64,000 nt of DNA, taken from Nitrospirota bacterium. Its GTDB lineage: Bacteria > Nitrospirota > Nitrospiria > Nitrospirales > NS-4. Every line of letters starts with the position of its first letter. Positions within the stretch are counted from its first letter, which is position 1. Location of the stretch: contig CAWBGA010000017.1 of the NCBI GenBank assembly GCA_963788195.1, positions 320,001 through 384,000 on the forward strand. The letters are read 5' to 3'. The position numbers and the translations under genes were made by a program. The notes under the pieces are model-generated. The model searched no databases. It was given only the letters and a program-made list of their open reading frames with translations, and was not told the origin of the DNA. Positions 20,448-32,061 of the stretch are shown here, piece after piece.

Positions 20448-22437
20448 CGATCAGGGACCAGGATTCCAGACAATCGCGCCGCACCTCATCCAGAAAACGC
20501 GACGGTTTCGACAGCACCATGCCTGACGCTCGATCGTAGACGTTGACCGGACAGGTCAAGAAAAGGTTCTGCTTGGCCCGCGTGATCGCGACATAAAACA
20601 ACCGTCGCTCCTCTTCCAAATCCTCCTCGGCCGCGAAGGAGTACAGTGACGGGAATTTGCCGTCTAGCACCCAGAGGATAAAGACCGAGTGCCATTCCAG
20701 GCCCTTGGCAGAGTGAATCGTAGAAAGGATCAAGCGTTCATCCTCCCGGTCGGCGGCGTGCACCCCTACGACGCTCTCATCAGGAGGCTCCAATGTCAGG
20801 TCGGCCAGAAACGTGTCCAGCGACTGGTAACGCTCCACGATTGTCTGCAGGTGCTCGAGGTCCTTCAGTCGCTTGGGGTAGTCATCGTACTGGATCTTGA
20901 GCAGCGGAAGGTAATACTCTAACATCGCCGCCAGGCACTCCCCGGGCGTCATGGCCGTTTCAGATACTTTCTCCAATGCCCGGACCAGGTCTGTCAGCCC
21001 TCTTCCAGTCGCGCCCTTTGTCGAAGCGATTCTCAACACGTCCAAGCCGTGACTTTCCTGGCGGAAAATTTCGCTGATCAGGTCCTGGCTTTTCTTGGGA
21101 CCAATGCCCTCAATCAAAAGTAACAAGCGATTCCAACTCACCGCGTCCCGGGGATTCTGAACGACGCGTAGGTGAGCCAGCACATCCTTGACATGCGCAG
21201 TTTCGATGAATCTGAAGCCGCCGCGTTTCACGAACGGAATGTTGCGCCGCGCGAGTTCGATTTCCAGATCGAAGGAGTGGAAACTGGAACGGAACAGGAC
21301 TGCGATCTCATCCAGCGGCGTGCCTTCTTCATGAATCTCCAGAATGCGCTGCGCGACAAATCGCGACTGTGCATTCTCATCAACGGCCATGGCCAGCACC
21401 GGCGTCGCCCCATGCTGTTTTCGCGTGAACAGGGTCTTGGGGTATTTCTCAGTGGCGAGTTCAATCACCTCGTTCGCCAGGCTCAGGATGGGCTGCGTGC
21501 TCCGGTAGTTCTCTTCCAGTTTGAACAGTTGGGTGCCGGGGAACAGCTTCGGAAAGTCCATAATATTGCGAAATGTCGCCCCGCGAAAGGCATAGATGGA
21601 CTGGGCGTCGTCTCCCACGGCCATCACATTGTCATGTGTACACGCCATTTTGCGCACAATTTCGGCCTGGAGGGCATTCGTGTCCTGATATTCATCGACC
21701 ATGATATATCGATGCGCATCGGAGACTCGGCGTCGGACCCCTTCATCGGCGTCCAATAATTCGCGCGTGCGGACCAGTAGGTCGTCGTAATCCACCAGGA
21801 GGCGCCGCCGTTTGTAGGCCTCGAATGCCTTGTGCAATTTACTCAGCTCTTCAATTTCCTCAGAGAATTGCGGGAACTCTCCCAGCACGACATGCTCTAA
21901 CGGAAGCAGCTTGTTGGCCGCCTTGCTGAACATCTCGTTGATTGTGTTCTTACGGGGAAAATGGCGTGTCTTGTCATGCAACCCGAGTTGCGTGCGCAGG
22001 AGATTAATGACATCCTCCGTATCCCCACGGTCCAGGATGGTGAAGCCCGGTTCCAGGCCGATCGCTCTCCCGTACCGCCGCAACAGGACGTTGGCGACGG
22101 AATGAAATGTCCCGCCATGCACCCCCTCACTCCGTGCCCCGATCAGAAGGCCGACCCGTTGAAGCATTTCTTGAGAAGCCTTTCGCGTGAAGGTCAGCAG
22201 CAAAATCGATCCCGGGGAAATTCCTGACTCGATCATACGCGCGACCCGGTAGACCAGGGTGCGTGTCTTGCCGCTGCCTGCCCCGGCGATCACGAGAACA
22301 GGCCCGCGCAAGGCGCACGCAGCCGCAAGTTGACCGGCGTTAAGGTCACCTTGATAATCGAGTGAGAAGGTCGGTTCCAGGTCCTCGCGCGGATCACGCG
22401 GACCATCCGCGTCACGCTTAAGAATGTAGGGTTTCAT
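20425..22437 (-). CDS. UvrD/Rep/PcrA family ATP-dependent DNA helicase
   Basis: AGAGSGKT, VDEYQD, VGDDAQSIYAFRGA, ENYRS, TIHSAKGLEW, EERRLFYVAITRA. Confidence 0.95.
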   Translation of the reverse strand: MKPYILKRDADGPRDPREDLEPTFSLDYQGDLNAGQLAAACALRGPVLVIAGAGSGKTRTLVYRVARMIESGISPGSILLLTFTRKASQEMLQRVGLLIGARSEGVHGGTFHSVANVLLRRYGRAIGLEPGFTILDRGDTEDVINLLRTQLGLHDKTRHFPRKNTINEMFSKAANKLLPLEHVVLGEFPQFSEEIEELSKLHKAFEAYKRRRLLVDYDDLLVRTRELLDADEGVRRRVSDAHRYIMVDEYQDTNALQAEIVRKMACTHDNVMAVGDDAQSIYAFRGATFRNIMDFPKLFPGTQLFKLEENYRSTQPILSLANEVIELATEKYPKTLFTRKQHGATPVLAMAVDENAQSRFVAQRILEIHEEGTPLDEIAVLFRSSFHSFDLEIELARRNIPFVKRGGFRFIETAHVKDVLAHLRVVQNPRDAVSWNRLLLLIEGIGPKKSQDLISEIFRQESHGLDVLRIASTKGATGRGLTDLVRALEKVSETAMTPGECLAAMLEYYLPLLKIQYDDYPKRLKDLEHLQTIVERYQSLDTFLADLTLEPPDESVVGVHAADREDERLILSTIHSAKGLEWHSVFILWVLDGKFPSLYSFAAEEDLEEERRLFYVAITRAKQNLFLTCPVNVYDRASGMVLSKPSRFLDEVRRDCLESWSLIDEDDRSY

Positions 22438-22522
22438 CGCCGCGTCATTATAACAGGTGGGCGTCTTGCCCACCCGCCAAAATGATTTTAAAGATGCGCT
22501 CTGGTAGAATCCTGTGGCGCGC

Positions 22523-23561
22523 ATGCCGAACGCTGCTATCCGCTTCCCGCTCCGCCTCATAGCCGCGACCCTCATCGTCGGAATCAGCCTCGACAGACCT
22601 TCCGTCGGCCCAAACCGATGCCTCGCCCACTCCGGTCACTGTGACGCGCTCACAATACCTTATGGGCACGCTCGTCGAAATCACGGCCGTCGCCCCGACG
22701 CCGGCCCTCGCTCAAATCGCCGTGAACGCGGGATTTCAGGAAATTCGCAGGCTGGAGGAACTTCTCAGTACGTGGTTACCAACGAGTGAGTTGTCCCGCG
22801 TCAACGCGGCGGCCGGCCGCGATTTCATGGCCGTGAGTAGCGACACCTTCGAACTGCTCACACGCTCAATTGAGATTTCCGAATTGACCCGTGGCGCATT
22901 CGACATTACCGTCGGCCCGGCCGTGCGCTTGTGGAAAGTCACGGAAGCCGCCCGCATCCCGACTCCCCTGGAACTGGAAATCGCCGCGCAATATGTCGAT
23001 TACCATCTGTTGCGACTGGATGCAGAGACGCAAGCGGTGTTGTTACAAAAACCCGGGATGCAACTTGATGTTGGCGGAATCGGCAAAGGGTATGCCGCGG
23101 ATCGCGCTGTCGCCGTCATGAAAAAATCGGGCGCCACAGGGGCACTTGTTGCTCTCTCGGGCGACTTTCGCATCTTCGGCCGCCGCGCGGACGGCAGTGC
23201 CTGGCCGGTCGGCATTCAACACCCTCGTCGCCCTGACAGGGTCCTGGTTACCCTGGAGTCGGTCGATGAAGCAATCTCAACATCCGGCGATTACGAGCGT
23301 TTCTTCTTTAAAGATGGAGTCCGCTACCACCATATCCTGGATCCTCAAACCCTTATGCCCGCCCGGCGCTGCCAAAGCGTCACGATTGTCAGCCCCGACG
23401 CCACGACTGCCGATGGCCTGGCGACCGGCGTATTCGTGATGGGTCCGGAAGAAGGACTTGCCCTCGTCGAGAAACTGGGTGTCGGCGCCGTGATTGTAGA
23501 CGCACAGGGAGCCGTCCTCGTGTCGTCGCTCCTGCGGAATCGAGTTCATGTGAATCCGTAG
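22523..23561 (+). CDS. apbE: FAD:protein FMN transferase; frameshift near 22620
   Basis: MGT, GAFDITVG, LDVGGIGKGYAAD, STSGDYER, HHILDP, ADGLAT. Confidence 0.9.
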
Positions 23562-23700
23562 CATAAACCTTGCAAAATCGAGGCTGACCCACACTTTAGA
23601 GATGGGACTCTCTCTAAGAGATGGACCATTCTTGGGTAGACGTCGGTTGCCTTTCGAGGCCCGTTTTTGATAAACTACCTACGCTGCTATTGGAGGTTCC

Positions 23701-25864
23701 TTGAACGGCCACAATATCCCTCTCCCGCCCGCTCCGTTGCACCTTCCACCGTCTCTGATTCGCCTCTGGGAAGTCGCACATAATCTATGGTGGAGCTGGC
23801 ATCCCGAAGCCCGAGCGCTTTTTGAAGCGCTCGACCGGACCCAGTGGAAGCTGACCTCGCACAACCCGGTCAGGATGCTGCGCGAGATCAGTTCTGTCGC
23901 GCGTCGCCGCTGTGGCGGGGGATCCCGCATTCCATCGCCGCTACGACGCCGTTCTGCTCGCGTTCGATGAGTACATGGAGGGGCGCAACACCTGGTTCGC
24001 CCGCAAGCATCCTGAGATGGCGGACAGCCTGGTCGCCTATTTCTCGGCCGAGTTCGGCTTGCACCAGTCCCTTCCGATCTATAGCGGCGGGCTGGGTATA
24101 CTGGCCGGCGACCACTGCAAGGAATCCAGCGACTTAGGCGTGCCCCTCGTGGGGATTGGTTTTCTGTACCCTCAGGGGTACTTCCACCAGCGCATTTCCG
24201 CTGACGGCTGGCAGCAAGCCAAGTATGAATCGTTCTCCCTGTCCAATACTGCCATCCGGCCGGCGATCTCGGCCGACGGTCAGAGAATAGTCGTGCAGGT
24301 GCCTTTGGCCGAGCGGACCATCGATGTGACAGTCTGGAAGGTGGACGTAGGCCGGGTTTCACTCTATTTAATGGATACCAATGTTGAATCGAACGAGCCC
24401 TGGGATCGGGAGCTCTCGGCCCGCTTGTACGGGGGCGATCAGGAAAATCGAATCCTGCAGGAGATCGTCCTGGGGATCGGTGGCGTGCGGATCTTACATG
24501 CGCTCGGCCTTCGTCCCACCGTCTTTCATGCCAACGAAGGCCATGCCGCGTTTCTGATGTTGGAACGGCTCCGTGAGTATCGCGAAGGCGGGCTTTCGTT
24601 CGAAGACGCCGTCGAAGCGGTGCGCGCCTCCACGGTCTTTACCACTCATACGCCCGTGCCGGCAGGCCATGATGCCTTTCCGTTTGCGATGATGGAGAAG
24701 TACTTCACACAGTTCTACACCGGCTTGGGGATTAGCCGAGAACAGTTCCTCGAGCTGGGCCGCGCCAGTGGATCGAACGACAGCACGTTCAACATGACAG
24801 TGTTGGCCATGCAGTTGAGCGGCCATCGCAACGGCGTCAGCAGTTTGCATGGTGAGATCTCCCGGCAAATGTGGGGGCACCTGTGGCCCGGTGTTTCCGA
24901 GGACAAGGTACCGATCGGCAGCGTGACGAACGGCATCCACGTACCCACCTGGATTGCGCCGGAGATGCGTCGTCTGTATGCCAAGTACATTGCACCGGAC
25001 TGGATGTCGCACCATGAGAATGCCACGTTATGGGAGAGGGTTGGAGACATTCCCGACACGGAACTGTGGAACGTCCGGCTGGTATTAAAGCGAAAATTGC
25101 TCGCGCATGTGAACGGCTGCGCCCGCGAGCGCTGGATCCACGGGGAGGTCGATCCGACGCAAGTCCTGGCGTCCGGAACCTTACTTGAGGCCCAGACCTT
25201 GACGATAGGGTTTGCGCGCCGTTTCGCGACCTACAAGCGCGCCAGCCTGTTGTTCAGTAATCCCGAGCGACTTAAACGTTTGCTCCAGGATCCATGGCGG
25301 CCGGTGCAGATCATCTTTGCCGGAAAGGCCCATCCGGCCGACGAACCCGGCAAGTATCTGATCCACCAGGTGTACTCCATGGCGAAAGACCATGGCTTCG
25401 GCGGCCACATCGCCTTTGTCGAAGACTATGAAATCCACACGGCGAAGTTTCTGGTCCACGGCGTCGATGTGTGGCTGAATACGCCCAGGGCGCCCCTGGA
25501 AGCCTGCGGAACGAGCGGCCAGAAAGCAGCCATCAACGGGGTGCCGCACTTAAGCGTGCTTGATGGCTGGTGGGCAGAAGGCTATAACGGCGCAAACGGA
25601 TGGGCCATCGGCGGCCCCGAATTCGATGCGGACCCCGCTGCCCAGGATGCTGCCGATACAGAAGCGCTATTTCAGATACTTGAGAACGAAGTGGTCCCGC
25701 TCTACTACGCTCGCGACGCAGACGGCGTCCCTCGCGGGTGGCTCGGCGTGATACGCGAGACAATACGAAGCATTAGCCCGCGTTTCTGCGCGCGCCGCAT
25801 GGTCACAGAATACACTGAACAGCTGTACATCCCAGCCTCTCAGCAAAGCCCCTCCCGCCGATAG
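23701..25864 (+). CDS. glgP: alpha-glucan family phosphorylase; frameshift near 23900
   Basis: NLWWSW, AYFSAEFG, YSGGLGILAGD, ARRFATYKR, EACGTSGQKA. Confidence 0.93.
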
Positions 25865-26069
25865 CCCCCAAAAGGGGATCAGGCTACTTTGTTATCCAGA
25901 GCATTGCGAGCGATAGCCGACCTGTCTACTAGAGCTTCATGCGAGTCTACTACGGCCGTGAGGCTGCTCATTGCAGGAATGCAAGGAATGCCTTTGACTG
26001 GCGAAGGCTCAGAATGACAATATGATTAGGTCTCTTGCCTTGTACGGAAGGAGCACTGCAAGCAGCGAG

Positions 26070-26741
26070 CTATAGTTTGAGGCGCTTTACGTGTCCTTTT
26101 TCACCGTCGGCAGGCTTGGCTCGGACCACGATCTTCGCCTGCGTTTCGCTCTCCCCGTTTCTCACGAGAATGACGGTCTCTCCGAGATTCACAGCCGTCA
26201 CGATGCCGTTGGGATCGACCATGGCGATGTCGGTATCGCGGCTCATGTAGGTCGTGCCATAGAGCTTGGCTGAGATGATCCGCACAGTGCCGTCCGGAAA
26301 CTCGCCGATGACCTGAAGGTTTTGCTGTTCACCAATGCCTTCCAGGACCAGCCTACGTTGCTCTGCGTGGATCCGGAGCGAAATAAGAGGGAGTACCGGC
26401 GGGAGCTGGACATTGACGTTCACGGCGGCTGTGCTCACCACATTCTTGCTGTTAATACTGAGGACCTCCAACGGAATGGATCCAAAGGCATCGCCGCGAA
26501 GCTTGATTCGTTGCTCAAAGAATCCCGTCGTGTCGTTATATTTCATCGACTCTTCGGAACCTGACAGGTAGACCCTCACGATGTCATCATCGGGGCTCGG
26601 CTGCACCTGAATGACGACCTCCGAGCCCAATGGGATGTCCGCGCCGTCTTTTGGGAAAACAATTTCAACGGCGCGCGAAGGAACGGGCAGGAAGAGCGCC
26701 CCGAGCAGTCCCCCAAGGAACAGTCGCCGGAAGATAGTCAT
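26070..26741 (-). CDS. exported hypothetical protein with Ig-like (Big-type) domains
   Basis: Signal peptide; beta-rich; YMSRDTDIAMVDPNGIVTAV resembles Big_2. Confidence 0.6.
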   Translation of the reverse strand: MTIFRRLFLGGLLGALFLPVPSRAVEIVFPKDGADIPLGSEVVIQVQPSPDDDIVRVYLSGSEESMKYNDTTGFFEQRIKLRGDAFGSIPLEVLSINSKNVVSTAAVNVNVQLPPVLPLISLRIHAEQRRLVLEGIGEQQNLQVIGEFPDGTVRIISAKLYGTTYMSRDTDIAMVDPNGIVTAVNLGETVILVRNGESETQAKIVVRAKPADGEKGHVKRLKL

Positions 26742-26790
26742 GAAAAAAGATTACCGAAAAAGTGGACGGTGGTCAAGATTCATCAAGCGT

Positions 26791-28720
26791 CTACATCTCT
26801 TGGATGAATTTTGCCGCGTAGGAGCGGACTTCGTGGCCGTTCAGGACATGGAAGCGTCGCAGACGATCCACGGTCTGCCTGGAAAAACGCCCGAGCGGAA
26901 TTGGAATCAGTTGTTTTTGAAAATGCCGGGCCATCAATCGCCAACGGGCCGGAGGTCGAACCGGCGAGATGACCGCGACATGCCTCTCCTGCGAATGCAG
27001 CAGCGCGCCGCCCAAGAGGCGCTCCTCGAGACTGCCGACGGACGAGACGGGGATCGGTCCAGATGTCGGGTATCGGGCGCGGCGGAAACAGGAACATCGC
27101 CCCGCCGTAAATGGATTGGCCGATGCCCGGCCCAATCAGACTTTCCCGGAAGGGTGTCGCGAAAAAAGACAGCGTCGACTCCGCCCCGTGTTCCGCAAAC
27201 CATGTCGCTTGCCAGGAATACTTCTCAGGATCCGCAGGCGTGTCGAACAGGAATACCACCACCTCGATGCTTCCCCGTGCGGGGGGGATATCCTTTACAT
27301 AGATTTCGCGCTTATGCCAGTGCCTCAGCGTTTCCCGGACATCGATGCCGTCTTTCACCGAGGTTGTAAACTTTTCCGTCCGTGCCAGATCCGCGCCAAT
27401 CAATGCCTTCGCCTGATCGCGGACATGCAGGTTGAACGATTCGATACGGCTGTCCTCGGGTGGCCAGGAGCATTGTCTTTGGGGATTCCACCGCTGCGCC
27501 CATACTCGGCTCTTGACCGGAGTTGGTTTGGGCTTTAGTTGGAGCGTTCTCCACGTCTGGGACGGTCCGGGAAGCCGGCTTTTCATGCGCGCGATGGTAC
27601 CGTCCGGAAACTCGGCCTGGCCGATGCCGAACGTCATTGCTTGAGTGATTGCCTGGCTCCATGCTTCATCTTCGTCCTGGGGGTCGCCGTAGTCCTTAGC
27701 GGTTTCAATTAATGTCACCGCGAATTGATCGCCCCCGATCTGCTTTGCCGCTGTCGCCAAGGTGTAGAGATCTGGCGTCAGCCTACGGTCCAATAAAGCG
27801 AGGTTTCGTACATAGCGGAGATAGATTTGAAGCCGCTGTGGAGTGATCCAGTCTCCCAGGGGAGTAGATGTTTTTTTATCGGACATCCATCGCGTTCGCG
27901 TTTCCAGCAGCAGCTCCTTGACCCCGTCAACAGACAAATGTCGATCTGAGCGGAGTTCGGCGCGTCGCTTTTCATACAGTGCCGTGATAAACGGCAGCTC
28001 GCCAAGGACAAAATACAAACTGCCGGCCGAGACCCTGTAAGTCTCTGGCCCCGCCACCGGCAACTCCGGCATACGATAAGGAGTTCGCTCGAGGTATGCC
28101 TCCCGCACATATGGCCAGTCCTGAAGAGGACATAATGCCAGGACGGCCTCATAATCAAGTTCGAGCTCATGCAAACGGAACGCCATCCAGGCAATCCGCG
28201 CTTCGCGCTGGCTTCCAGGGGCGGGCCGTGCCGCCGACGGGAGCGCGGCCGCCGCGTAGGCTGCCACTGATACGGTTTTGAGCATGTAGGGGTCTGGGAG
28301 GTGGATCGGGTCAGGCTCATAGTTGTGCACATCGCGATCGATATAGGCGCGTCGGATACCTTCGCCTATCGCGACGCGCACCCCCATGATAACCCCCTGG
28401 CAGGGATCAATCGGCACAAAGCTGGCGATGGGTGACGGAGGCGTAGGCGTTTCTTCAGCCAAGGGGGTAATCTGCGCGGCATAGTCGTCAGGGTCTTCGC
28501 GCAGGACGACGACCGAGACAGTGGGCAGATCGCCAATCGCAGCTTCAACCGCCTGGCTCACGGATTCAGGCAGTGGCACCGCGAGACAGTCGTACTGCCG
28601 AGCAATCAGCGTTTCACGGACTTCTTGCGCCATATCGCCGTTCGCATGAACAATCGGCAAGATTTCGATCCGCGGCGAAAGACGAAGGACCGACTCAGTT
28701 GCCGCAGAGCGCATCACCAC
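26791..28720 (-). CDS. hypothetical ~640-aa partner of the MoxR-type ATPase; frameshift near 27045
   Basis: Starts 5 nt after the ATPase stop; C-terminus likely continues in ORF 26791-27135. Confidence 0.7.
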
Positions 28721-28725
28721 GGCGG

Positions 28726-29685
28726 TCAGCGATCGGGATGGAGGGGATCGTTGTCTTCAAAAAAGAAATCGCCGAGGCCGCGCAAAGACCCTTGCTCTCC
28801 GAGCGCGCGGGCTCGGCCTCTCGACAAAGCGCCCAGATCGCGGGCTTCCTCGCCGAGCACTTGAATGAGAGACTCCTGCCAGGCAGAGTCCTTCGACATC
28901 GGATGCTGCGGATCCTGAGCGAGCCGCTTCAGAGCATATTGAAGGATGTGGATACCATCGCGGACCGAGAAGTCGAGGTCAAGTCCGTGTGCCTCCTGCA
29001 GAAACCCGACGGTCAAGGCCAGAAGGTCGGCGGGAGCGAACGGAAGATGATACTTCAAGATCGCCATCTCGTCGTGCTTATTGGGAAAGCCTAGGTGCAG
29101 GGTTGGCTGAAGTCTCGACATAATGTAGTCCGGGACCTCATACGTCGAGGCATCCTCATTCATGGTGACACAGCAGCGGAATTCGGGATCGGCCTTGATC
29201 TGGGCCCCGGCCACGATCGATTCCACGAATCGTCGCTGATCCAACAAGGGCGCGAGCGACGCCCAGGACTTCTCGTTCATACGATTGCCTTCATCCAGAA
29301 CGCATGCGCCGCCCGTGAGCATGGCGGTGACAAGCGCCGAGGCGTGGTAGGCGATCTTGCCCGACTCGGCAAGGACAGGGGTGACGAGCAGATCTTCCGG
29401 GCGCGTATCGGCCGTGCACTGAAAAATATAGAGATCCTGCTTTCGGGCGTCGGCAGCGGCCATGGCCAGGGTGGTCTTCCCCACACCGGGAACGCCTGTG
29501 ATCCGGGGCGACAACGGTAAATCCTTCTCATCAATCACAAGCCAGCAGGCCAGCAACTGCGTGAGGACTTCTCGCTGGCCGATCCAACTGCGCGAGGTTG
29601 CGTCGGCATGGGCGAGATGCAAGGTCACACCGCCGACCTCAATAGTCCGGGCTGCGGAGCGTTGAAGGCCTCGGTCGGAAGACAT
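28726..29685 (-). CDS. MoxR/CbbQ-like AAA+ ATPase
   Basis: [26 protein letters not shown]. Confidence 0.85.
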   Translation of the reverse strand: MSSDRGLQRSAARTIEVGGVTLHLAHADATSRSWIGQREVLTQLLACWLVIDEKDLPLSPRITGVPGVGKTTLAMAAADARKQDLYIFQCTADTRPEDLLVTPVLAESGKIAYHASALVTAMLTGGACVLDEGNRMNEKSWASLAPLLDQRRFVESIVAGAQIKADPEFRCCVTMNEDASTYEVPDYIMSRLQPTLHLGFPNKHDEMAILKYHLPFAPADLLALTVGFLQEAHGLDLDFSVRDGIHILQYALKRLAQDPQHPMSKDSAWQESLIQVLGEEARDLGALSRGRARALGEQGSLRGLGDFFFEDNDPLHPDR

Positions 29686-29799
29686 CCGGAAAACCTACCA
29701 TAGGGTCTGTGCAGCGTCAAATTAAGGCTTTTCCGGGAGATGCGAATCCTGCGAAGGATCGTGTATGATACGCGGCAGACGTTCAACGCGAGGAACACC

Positions 29800-30066
29800 A
29801 TGGCCGAATCATCATCATCCTCCCAGGGGGCGAAGCCCAAAGAAGCGCCGGATACGATCCAATTGATCAATGTTGTGGTGGTCCGAGATGGGGAAATGGT
29901 GAGCTCGCGGTGGGGAATACATCCGCAACTCAAGCGCGATCTGGCCCCGCCTGAGTGGCAGGAACTCAACGACCATATGAACCGCGTCGTGGCCATTGTC
30001 GGATCAAAATTTGCCGAACAACTGTCGAAGCATGAAGGAAACATCCCCGGGCAAGGTACCGCCTGA
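29800..30066 (+). CDS. small hypothetical protein
   Basis: AGGA RBS; stop overlaps the next start. Confidence 0.6.
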   Translation: MAESSSSSQGAKPKEAPDTIQLINVVVVRDGEMVSSRWGIHPQLKRDLAPPEWQELNDHMNRVVAIVGSKFAEQLSKHEGNIPGQGTA

Positions 30067-30776
30067 TGGAATCGGTCAACGGGAACGAGATTATTTCGTG
30101 TCCGAACGCCCAGTGCGGTCAGCAGCTCCGAATCCCCGCCGACGAAATGTTGATGGTCACGTGCCCCAGCTGCCAGGCAAGTTTCACTCACCGTCCACAG
30201 GGCAAACGGATCTCACAAGAGTTTCGAACAAAGTCATGGACGCTTGGCGAGCTCATGATCGCCATTTCCCGGGAATCCATGACGCTCTTGAAGCGACAGG
30301 CTCCGAATGCTCTTGGAACGTTGGAACGCAAGCAGGAGTGGGAAGGTTTTGTGGAGTTTCTGAAGGTCCTTTTCAATCTCGTCGATCGGGTAGCCACTCT
30401 GTACATCCCTATGAGTGAATATCTTCAATTCCTGGACGCTGTCGAGGACGCGGTGATCGACCAAATGAACAACGCATTTCGCAAGCAGGCCGGAGTTGCA
30501 TACGATGAGACCCCGTTGAAGATCTCGATCTCGGCCGCTTTTGAGACGGCGCAGAAGTTTTACCAGCCTCACCGTTTCATGATCACCGACGAAGGCCCCG
30601 ACCGGGATCGATACTTGACGACATTCGGAGAAGCCGTGGCAAACGTGTTGGGTCTCAAAGGAAACAAAATGATCGTGACCACGGCATCCATGTGCGCTGG
30701 CTCCAGCATTGCCGCCATTAAAGCCCTGTTGGAATCCAGCGAAGGCCGCGGTCCCTCCCCCTCCGGCACTGCCTAG
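30066..30776 (+). CDS. hypothetical protein with N-terminal zinc ribbon
   Basis: CPNAQC...CPSC. Confidence 0.7.
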   Translation: MESVNGNEIISCPNAQCGQQLRIPADEMLMVTCPSCQASFTHRPQGKRISQEFRTKSWTLGELMIAISRESMTLLKRQAPNALGTLERKQEWEGFVEFLKVLFNLVDRVATLYIPMSEYLQFLDAVEDAVIDQMNNAFRKQAGVAYDETPLKISISAAFETAQKFYQPHRFMITDEGPDRDRYLTTFGEAVANVLGLKGNKMIVTTASMCAGSSIAAIKALLESSEGRGPSPSGTA

Positions 30777-30816
30777 GCAGCGGCAGAACTCGGTAAATCG
30801 ACTCTGACCCCTTATC

Positions 30817-32061
30817 GTGATTCGGCGGACGCTCACTAACCGTAACTTCGCGCTTTTCTTGACCGGACAGGGACTCTCCCTGTGCGGAACCTGGATGCAA
30901 AGTCTCGCTCAGAGTTGGCTCATCTACCGGCTTACCGGCTCTCCCCTGCTGCTTGGCATGGTCGGGTTCGTCGGGCAGGCTCCCATCCTGGCACTTGGGC
31001 TGCTCGGCGGGGTCCTTGCTGATCGCTGGCCCCGCCGAGAGCTTCTGCTCATGACACAGACCTTCGCGCTCATCCAAGCCGGACTTCTCGCGGCGCTGAC
31101 ACTGAGCGGCCACATCACGGTAGGGTGGATTATGGCGCTCGCCGGGCTTCTCGGAATTATTAATGCTGTGGACATGCCGGTGCGGCAATCCTTCATCGCC
31201 GACCTTGTGCCACGCGCTGATCTCTCCTCTGCCATCGGCCTTAATTCTTCCGTCTTCAACGCGGCCCGGATCATCGGCCCTTCCGCCGCAGGGTTTCTTG
31301 TCGCAGCGGTCGGGGAAGGCGTCTGCTTCTTGATCAATGCCCTGAGCTTTCTCGCGGTGATCGGATGCCTGCTGGCGATACGAGTTCCCCGAAAGTCATC
31401 GACCACGCACGCTCCCGCCATCGCCTTCCTGGCAGAAGGCCTTCGCTACGCACGGAACACCCCGCACGTCCGGGCAACTCTGGGTCTTATTGCGGTATTG
31501 AGTCTGACGGCGATGCCGTACACGATATTGCTGCCCGTGTTTGCCGCCGAGGTTCTCCACAGCAATGCCGACGGCCTGGGGTTACTGATGGCAGCGACGG
31601 GCATCGGGGCCTTGGCCGGCGCCTTGCGCATCGCGCGGCGCACCACAGTGCGAGGCCTGGGGCGGCTGATCGCGAAGGCTGGGCTCTTGTTCGGGCTGAG
31701 CCTCTTGGCTCTGGCCGCAAGCACAGCTTTATGGCTCGCGATATTCGTTCTGCTTGCAGTCGGTTATGCCATGATTACGGGTATGGCGGGCTGCAACACA
31801 CTTTTGCAGTCACTCGTTCCGGACCATCTACGTGGGCGCGTGATGAGTCTCTACACGCTCTTCTTTCTCGGCACGGCGCCGATCGGAAGCCTCATAGCCG
31901 GAGCCATGGCAGCGCACGTTGGAACACCGATCACCATCGCCGCCGGGGGAGTCGGCGCGATCCTCGGGGCTGTCGTGTTCTGGCACGCGTTGCCCGGCAT
32001 CCGACGTCATATTCGGGAGGAAGGTCTTCTGCCACCCGAAGAGATCATTCCGGTAGGGTAG
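30817..32061 (+). CDS. MFS transporter
   Basis: ~12 TM segments; [25 protein letters not shown]. Confidence 0.9.
   Translation: MIRRTLTNRNFALFLTGQGLSLCGTWMQSLAQSWLIYRLTGSPLLLGMVGFVGQAPILALGLLGGVLADRWPRRELLLMTQTFALIQAGLLAALTLSGHITVGWIMALAGLLGIINAVDMPVRQSFIADLVPRADLSSAIGLNSSVFNAARIIGPSAAGFLVAAVGEGVCFLINALSFLAVIGCLLAIRVPRKSSTTHAPAIAFLAEGLRYARNTPHVRATLGLIAVLSLTAMPYTILLPVFAAEVLHSNADGLGLLMAATGIGALAGALRIARRTTVRGLGRLIAKAGLLFGLSLLALAASTALWLAIFVLLAVGYAMITGMAGCNTLLQSLVPDHLRGRVMSLYTLFFLGTAPIGSLIAGAMAAHVGTPITIAAGGVGAILGAVVFWHALPGIRRHIREEGLLPPEEIIPVG

Noticed and set aside
25865..26069. RNA gene or mobile element in the convergent gap after glgP
   Set aside because: Only short degenerate repeat-like fragments; no convincing structure or terminal repeats.
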